DNA of 40,849 nt from NCBI GenBank assembly GCA_051294375.1, contig JBJCIZ010001220.1:1-40849 (forward strand), read 5' to 3'. Numbering within the stretch: position 1 is the first letter of the stretch; each line of letters opens with the position of its first letter. Below, one piece after another: positions 36,420 through 40,849 of the stretch. Origin of the DNA: Paraspadella gotoi. Lineage: Eukaryota > Animalia > Chaetognatha. The position numbers and the translations under genes are program-made. Under the pieces are notes generated by a model. The model did no database searches. It was not told the origin of the DNA and worked only from the letters and a program-made list of their open reading frames with translations.

Positions 36420-37577
36420 ATGAATCACGTGTCCTTAGCTAATACTAACGAACTAGTTGAAAAAGGAGAACTTCAGTCCCAAATTAAAAGGGAAAAAGAA
36501 AAGAACACTAAGTTACTACAAAAATTAAATAAAGAGGAAATTAATAAAACTGAGTTGCGCCGTCTGGTGTCACAAGTATGTCAAGGTCTAAAATTTAATC
36601 GCAGTGAGAGAAATGGAAAAACCTATGTGTGCCTTAAAAAAGAAATAGGCGCCGAAGAAAAATATTTGGTTGAGATTGAGACGCTGACGTATATCCTGAA
36701 GTCAGCGGGAATCTTACAAGAAGTTATATTAAAGATGAACCAATTTGAACAAGGTGACGAGGGTGCGGATGACAAGAAAACCGACGACTTGGTGAAGATC
36801 CTGCAGGAAGAAATGAACGCAGAGGCCGACGGAAAGGAGAGAGCTTACTTAGAAAGAGAAAGAGAGCTTGAAAAAAGAAAGAGGGCGCTGGACAGAAAAG
36901 AGGCAAGTCTTGAGAAAAATTTTTGTTTATTACAGAACATGCAAAAAGAATTTGTGGAATTATTACAAGCCAAGCTGGAACGCGATCAAGAAATGTATGG
37001 AAATAAGTTGGCAGAGGAACGGGAAATGCAAGGGCAAGAGAAAGGATTACCATTAAGTGCTGGAGACCATAGTATGCAAGAGGAGTTAGTGGTAAATGTC
37101 TCGCCAGAAGAAATTATGGAAATCGAATTGGAGGCGAGCGAAAGTGAAAAGCAAAGTAAATCATCAAATCCAAATAGTAGTGTGAGTAATTTAGGGGATG
37201 AGAAAAATAATGAGATTTTTAAAATCCAAAACGGCACGAAGTATTATATGAAAAAGCTGAAAGAAATTAGAGTGAAGCACGGTTGCAAGGTTAAAATCAG
37301 TAAATTTTTAAAACCATGGGTGAAAGAATGTATACTTATAAGAAAGCATGGAAGGATTCCGTCGAGCCTCATGAGATACTTTAACGCAAAAATGGTCTGT
37401 AGCAAATGTTTTTGCCTGGAAGTAAGGCACCTCGATCCAGGGTGCAAGGTTCTTTGCTGTGGAATTGAGAGATGCGGCAAATGCTTTCACCAACATCATG
37501 GAAAAGAATGCCCGTGTCCACACACCCGCGAATTCGTTGACTTCGTTCAGGACGGTCCACTGTTTGAAACTAACTAA
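36420..37577 (+). CDS. Unknown protein with coiled-coil segments and a C-terminal Cys/His cluster, 385 aa
   Basis: Long intact ORF; E/K/L heptad-like stretches; CSKCFC...CKVLCCGIERCGKCFHQHHGKECPC. Confidence 0.75.
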   Translation: MNHVSLANTNELVEKGELQSQIKREKEKNTKLLQKLNKEEINKTELRRLVSQVCQGLKFNRSERNGKTYVCLKKEIGAEEKYLVEIETLTYILKSAGILQEVILKMNQFEQGDEGADDKKTDDLVKILQEEMNAEADGKERAYLERERELEKRKRALDRKEASLEKNFCLLQNMQKEFVELLQAKLERDQEMYGNKLAEEREMQGQEKGLPLSAGDHSMQEELVVNVSPEEIMEIELEASESEKQSKSSNPNSSVSNLGDEKNNEIFKIQNGTKYYMKKLKEIRVKHGCKVKISKFLKPWVKECILIRKHGRIPSSLMRYFNAKMVCSKCFCLEVRHLDPGCKVLCCGIERCGKCFHQHHGKECPCPHTREFVDFVQDGPLFETN

Positions 37578-37846
37578 TGAATTATACGACGGCCACACGA
37601 GAAACTCTTGTGGATGTATAGAGACTTTTATAATGGTATAAGAAATGAATTTCAAATAGGCATTGTTTAGATACATTGTCGGAATTCCGTAGTGAGTTAA
37701 TAGTGATTTAATAGTGCGGTAATCGTTATTTAGTAAGGATCCTATTTTTAGAAATTTTAATGAAGTTAATCGTTCCTGTTCACAATTTCTTTTAAATTTT
37801 TTTTTTTCTTTCCTTGATTTTGTGTTCCTCTTTTTTCAGTTAAATA

Positions 37847-39487
37847 ATGGAATTAGAACTTGGAGATACTATCGTCAATCTTTTTGAAACTAATGCCCCG
37901 AAAACAAATGAACTCCAGCGGGCCCAAAGTCAGGATGAAGGAATAAAAATCATTATGAGATCCATCGAAAGCGGAGAAAAGCCCGATTTCAACAACGCGG
38001 CCGTAAAAGGTTACAAGTCGGTTTTCCGATCACTCGAAATTCATGACGGCGTCCTCGTCCGAAAAACCGCCAGCGGCGGCAAGGCGGTTGTAGTCCCTGA
38101 AAGCAAGATTAGCGATGTTCTGTATCATACACACGGTAGCCCAATGGCGGCGCACTATGGCATTAGTAAGTCTTATTATAAATTGGTGAAAAATTTTTAT
38201 TTTCCTAAAATGGTTTTAAGACTCTCAGAGTTTATTAATACTTGTCCATTATGCGTTAGGAGAAAAAATCCTAAAAACACTCCTCGAGCTGAAATACAGC
38301 CAATTAGCGTCGATGCATACGACATTGGGGCATGCATTTCATATGACTTTAAGGGGCCATTGCCAGTGAGTAATAAATCCGTGATTTATCAGTGTAAAAA
38401 TCGATTTGTCTTAGTAATAATTGATCACGCCACTAGGTACGTCTTGGCCTATCCAACGCCCACGATGGAAGCCTCAGTGGTGGCGGAGGTGATCGTCTCG
38501 TCCTGGATCCCGCGATTTGGAGTTCCAAGGGCCATCATATCGGACAGGGCCAAAACTTTTACTGGTAGGATACTAAGAACAATTTATGAATCCTTACAAA
38601 TAGATGTATGTTTAACTGCATCATATAATCCAGCAGCTAATGGCTTAATTGAACAAGTTAATAGAAATATCTCTAGTATATTAGCAGTAATGTTAGATGG
38701 GTCTCTAGAAGATTGGCCAAAACAATTAAATTTATTATTCTGTGCTTATAATAGCAGTCCTAACATAGCAACGGGTGTGTCTCCTAATTATTTAGTATAC
38801 GGACGGGAGTTGATCATGCCAATTGATCTTATTTTAACTAGGAGTGGGAACCATGGGTGGAAAGACAGAAAAGTCTTGGATGAACTTGAAGAGCGACTAA
38901 GAGCGCGAAGAAAGGTCATGGAATTGCTAGATTTAAGGTACGAAAAAGGGCAAGAAAAAAGAAGGGAAAAGTCGAAATTAGTGGCAAACATTCCTACGTA
39001 TAAAGTTGGGGAAGTAGTTGGATTTAAACCACCATTACAGCCTGGTAAATTAATGAAAGCATATGAAATTAATCATACAATAATTAAAGTATTGTCTCCT
39101 ACTACTTATGTCATAAGAAATAATGATACGGGATTCGAGAGAATAGTGAACGCGCGGAAATTAAAGAAAGCGCCAGTTCGAGATCTTAAGCCTAAAGATT
39201 GTCAAAAAGGAGGAGTAGTTATTGAAGAAGATTCTGACTTTTCAGATGCGTCGAGCGAATCCGAGGTCGACTATGAGAAGAATCTAGCCTCTGACAGCCA
39301 AGGCATGAGGGAATCCGCGCTGACTGGTGGCGAAAAGGAAGACGACAGCCTCGACACGATGGGGGACTCCACGCTGACAAGCAGCAAAGAGGAAGATGGG
39401 AGCTCTGAGGAAGAACCACAGTATGGGTGGAATAAAAGACTACGAAATAGACAATCCATTAAAAAACCAAAAAAGCTGGAATTGTAG
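37847..39487 (+). CDS. Stand-alone gypsy-type integrase, 546 aa
   Basis: HHCC (HGSPMAAH...CPLC), DDE core (SYDFKGPLP, ISDRA, NGLIE), GPY/F-like C-terminal domain, and an acidic tail followed by a basic one. Confidence 0.95.
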   Translation: MELELGDTIVNLFETNAPKTNELQRAQSQDEGIKIIMRSIESGEKPDFNNAAVKGYKSVFRSLEIHDGVLVRKTASGGKAVVVPESKISDVLYHTHGSPMAAHYGISKSYYKLVKNFYFPKMVLRLSEFINTCPLCVRRKNPKNTPRAEIQPISVDAYDIGACISYDFKGPLPVSNKSVIYQCKNRFVLVIIDHATRYVLAYPTPTMEASVVAEVIVSSWIPRFGVPRAIISDRAKTFTGRILRTIYESLQIDVCLTASYNPAANGLIEQVNRNISSILAVMLDGSLEDWPKQLNLLFCAYNSSPNIATGVSPNYLVYGRELIMPIDLILTRSGNHGWKDRKVLDELEERLRARRKVMELLDLRYEKGQEKRREKSKLVANIPTYKVGEVVGFKPPLQPGKLMKAYEINHTIIKVLSPTTYVIRNNDTGFERIVNARKLKKAPVRDLKPKDCQKGGVVIEEDSDFSDASSESEVDYEKNLASDSQGMRESALTGGEKEDDSLDTMGDSTLTSSKEEDGSSEEEPQYGWNKRLRNRQSIKKPKKLEL

Positions 39488-39576
39488 TGTTCTTTCATTA
39501 TTGATTTTGATTTGTATCTCGAATTCTGCTCTTTTCATTGCATATTAAATTAATAGTATGGTTTGAGGTTTTGGCC

Positions 39577-39591
39577 AGGGGGGGAAAGATG
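39577..39591 (+). promoter_or_regulatory. Candidate polypurine tract plus TG (3' LTR start at 39590)
   Basis: AGGGGGGGAAAGA|TGTG, 90 nt after the integrase stop, which is the canonical position. Confidence 0.55.
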
Positions 39592-39647
39592 TGTGATTCA
39601 CATCTTATTAATTTGATGTGTAAAATGAATTAATAGGTGAAATAACT

Positions 39648-40727
39648 ATGGCAATGGTACAATTATTAAAAGGAAGTGATCAGCATATAATAACAATGGC
39701 ATTAGAGTATAAGTTGCCTTACGCCCTACATGTTGCAGTTGAGCATGAAAGGGAAACAGTTGTAAAACGATTATTGGATGAAGACTTTGATACAAACGAA
39801 GTACGACCACGTGACGGGTATACGCCGCTTCATTTAGCTGTAGTAAGGAAGAACGCGACCATGGTTGAGCAAATACTGATAAGGGGAGGAAGCGTGATGA
39901 AAAAGGATTACTCAGGAAATACGTGTTTAGCAAAGTTGTTAAGGGAAAAATTTGATAGTAAGGCAAGACGGGTTATAAATTTAATTTTTGATAAAATGAG
40001 AGAGGAAGACTTTAAAGTGGAAAACATTCATGAAGAGTCTTTTTTACACATAGCGGCTTCTAACCCCGAGATTATAGAAATTAGGCTGTATCAAGAATTA
40101 ATAGAAAAGGGAGTGCCAATGGAAAACCATGATGCTTATGCCGGAAGAACATTTTTAATGAATCTTTGCCATTCAAATTGGGATGACGAGTTTATTATCG
40201 AAGTAATAAAAATGGCTACAGATAGAGGATTAAATATTAACCAAAGTGATAAGAGTCAGACATCCCTTTTACAATATGCAATAAATGAAGGAAATAGAAA
40301 GATAGTAGAGGCTATTTTAAAGAACCCTAACACATTGGTGTCGGCGAGAAACACCTATGGAATGACGCCAATGTGGAGCGCATCTCTTAAGGGGGACCTA
40401 AGAATGATCAAAGAAATTTATGCAGCAGGAGGGGAGATGAAGGATATGGCATTTGCTAATGCAGCAGCAAGCAGGAAAATTACTACATGGCAAGCAGCTA
40501 AAAGGTCCCGTCACGACTTCGTAGCAGGAAAAATATTAGAATTCATGACAGGTAGAGAGGATGGAAAAAACCCAGGGTTGATTGTCAAGTCCCTAAAACA
40601 CAGCGCTAAAATAGTAATCAGGCGGCATTTAGTCATGTGCAATCAGGAGAGAGTACTGCTTGACCAGTATAAGGAGCTGAGCCTCCCAATTATTCTTCAA
40701 AACTACCTACGCGACATAAAATATTAG
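39648..40727 (+). CDS. Ankyrin-repeat protein with C-terminal SOCS box (ASB-like), 359 aa
   Basis: Ankyrin motifs ALHVAV, GYTPLHLAV, SFLHIAA, GRTFLM, TSLLQYAI and GMTPMWSA. The C-terminus SLKHSAKIVIRRHL...LSLPIILQNYL fits BC box plus cullin box. Confidence 0.9.
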   Translation: MAMVQLLKGSDQHIITMALEYKLPYALHVAVEHERETVVKRLLDEDFDTNEVRPRDGYTPLHLAVVRKNATMVEQILIRGGSVMKKDYSGNTCLAKLLREKFDSKARRVINLIFDKMREEDFKVENIHEESFLHIAASNPEIIEIRLYQELIEKGVPMENHDAYAGRTFLMNLCHSNWDDEFIIEVIKMATDRGLNINQSDKSQTSLLQYAINEGNRKIVEAILKNPNTLVSARNTYGMTPMWSASLKGDLRMIKEIYAAGGEMKDMAFANAAASRKITTWQAAKRSRHDFVAGKILEFMTGREDGKNPGLIVKSLKHSAKIVIRRHLVMCNQERVLLDQYKELSLPIILQNYLRDIKY

Positions 40728-40849
40728 TAGCAACGAAGAATCTACTAACAAGAGGAAAAACAACCTGCGCACAAGGGAATCAAATCGTCAAACAGAACTC
40801 TGTCTGAACTTTTTAACAAGCATGGGGACATGCTTGAATCTAGATCGGG

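Larger units (their letters stand above)
20395..40849 (+). mobile_element. Giant Ty3/gypsy-like LTR retrotransposon with split pol and cargo genes; 5' part lost in the gap, 3' end runs off the window
   Basis: Co-oriented gag CCHC, retropepsin, RT (YIDD), RNase H and integrase (HHCC+DDE) in gypsy order. Removing three TSD-bounded insertions restores a near-continuous gag-PR-RT sequence. No paired LTRs are visible in the window. Confidence 0.8.

Noticed and set aside
32933-39966. Short minus-strand and nested ORFs overlapping the cargo, integrase and ankyrin genes
   Set aside because: Shadow ORFs of the long + strand genes, without motifs.
1-40849. CRISPR array, rRNA, prokaryotic operon, hammerhead ribozyme
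   Set aside because: No repeat-spacer array or rRNA-like sequence was seen, the context is eukaryotic, and the CTGANGA hits I inspected lacked a correctly placed GAAA and stems.

Overview
AT-rich, repeat-dense eukaryotic (probably invertebrate) genomic DNA with a 100-N gap at 20295-20394. The left half (1-20294) holds microsatellites, MITE/foldback and Helentron-associated-like repeats, a solo-LTR-like fragment and some possible exon remnants; I can recognise no intact host gene there. The right half (20395-end) is one very large, atypical Ty3/gypsy-type LTR retrotransposon on the + strand. It runs gag zinc knuckle, protease, RT-RNase H and then stops. Four cargo ORFs follow (F-box-like, two paralogous 3xC2H2 zinc-finger proteins, coiled-coil plus Cys-rich). 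Next comes a free-standing integrase ORF 5.6 kb downstream of RT, a PPT-like tract plus TG, and an ankyrin-repeat/SOCS-box ORF that may lie inside the 3' LTR. The protease/linker region of this element is interrupted by three nested insertions, each with a visible target-site duplication: a second gypsy element (TSD CCTG), a Transib-like CACTA-ended element (TSD CTAGG) and a long-TIR element (TSD AAGAGTAT). All domain calls were made by eye from motifs; no searches were run.
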